From NCBI GenBank assembly GCA_963813025.1, contig CAWEXO010000013.1:288001-352000 (forward strand): a DNA stretch of 64,000 bases. Direction: 5' to 3'. Position numbers and translations under genes: made by a program. The notes under the pieces were generated by a model. That model did not search any database. It was not told the DNA's origin and worked only from the letters and a program-made list of their open reading frames with translations. This document shows, piece by piece, positions 63,496 to 64,000 of this stretch. Source of the DNA: an uncultured Verrucomicrobiae bacterium. Its GTDB lineage: Bacteria; Verrucomicrobiota; Verrucomicrobiia; Chthoniobacterales; JAFAMB01. Within the stretch, counting starts at the first letter, position 1. Each line of letters starts with the position of its first letter.

Positions 63496-64000
63496 TGAAC
63501 CTCCCCCGATTTGACGGACACGGATACCCAAGAGAAAGAGAAAGGATCTGATGTCAGAGAAAAAGACCAATAAAGTCTACGATGAAGAGTTTAAACGCCA
63601 AGCGGTGGAGCTGCTGATTCACAGCGGTAAAGCCCAGGCGCAGGTAGCCCGAGAACTGGGCTGCAGCGACATGAGCCTGGGCACCTGGAAAAAGAAGTAT
63701 TTGCGAGCCATGGCGCCAGTCAAGGTCGATGGCCGTGAGCAGCGGCCCGAGGAAATGGCGGCTACGATCCGGCAACTGCAGAAAGAGAACGAGTATCTGC
63801 GCCGGCAGCGGGAGATCTTAAAAAAAGCTATGAGCATATTGGGCGAGGAACCGAATCCCGGTATGCGATGATTGGAGAGCTTTCGGTGAATTACAAGGTG
63901 ATCGAGTGTTGCCAGGCGCTGGAGGTATCGCGCAGCGGTTACTATCAATGGAAAGAGGAGCGTAAGGGGCTGCGAGTGCTGGAGGAAGCCGAACTTCTGA
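63496..64000 (+). mobile_element. IS3 family element (orfA 63551-63871; orfB from 63868 runs off the window)
   Basis: Left IR begins tgaacctccccc; orfA YDEEFKRQAV...LRRQREILKKA; orfB C.ALEVSRSGYYQW; ATGA overlap. Confidence 0.92.

Overview
This is a GC-rich bacterial accessory region; the repeat style and gene content suggest a soil Verrucomicrobiota/Chthoniobacterales-like genome (inference only). It holds three multi-gene CUT2 sugar ABC loci plus an orphan binding protein, and a Urt-like amide ABC operon linked to a SorC-family regulator, an FGGY kinase and a formamidase. It also contains a decaying general-stress cluster (ferritin-like, Dps, DUF488, pyruvate oxidase, glucoamylase remnants) and a pqiA-pqiA-pqiB set. 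Mobile DNA is dense: an intact IS110 with a ~260-nt structured non-coding end, a matching ~130-bp mini-element, IS630, IS3, IS66, IS6, ISL3 and Tn3 remnants, a CTAG-flanked MITE and REP-like palindromes. A 3' fragment of tRNA-Gln(TTG) at 42600-42657 looks like an att junction. Many genes carry single-base frameshifts that may be assembly errors, whereas in-frame stops and large internal deletions are more likely real decay. The strongest leads are the IS110 candidate bridge RNA with its mini-element, the amide-transporter/sugar-kinase/amidase locus, and a recurring 18-20 bp palindrome upstream of stress genes. All family calls are from motif recognition by eye; no database search was run.
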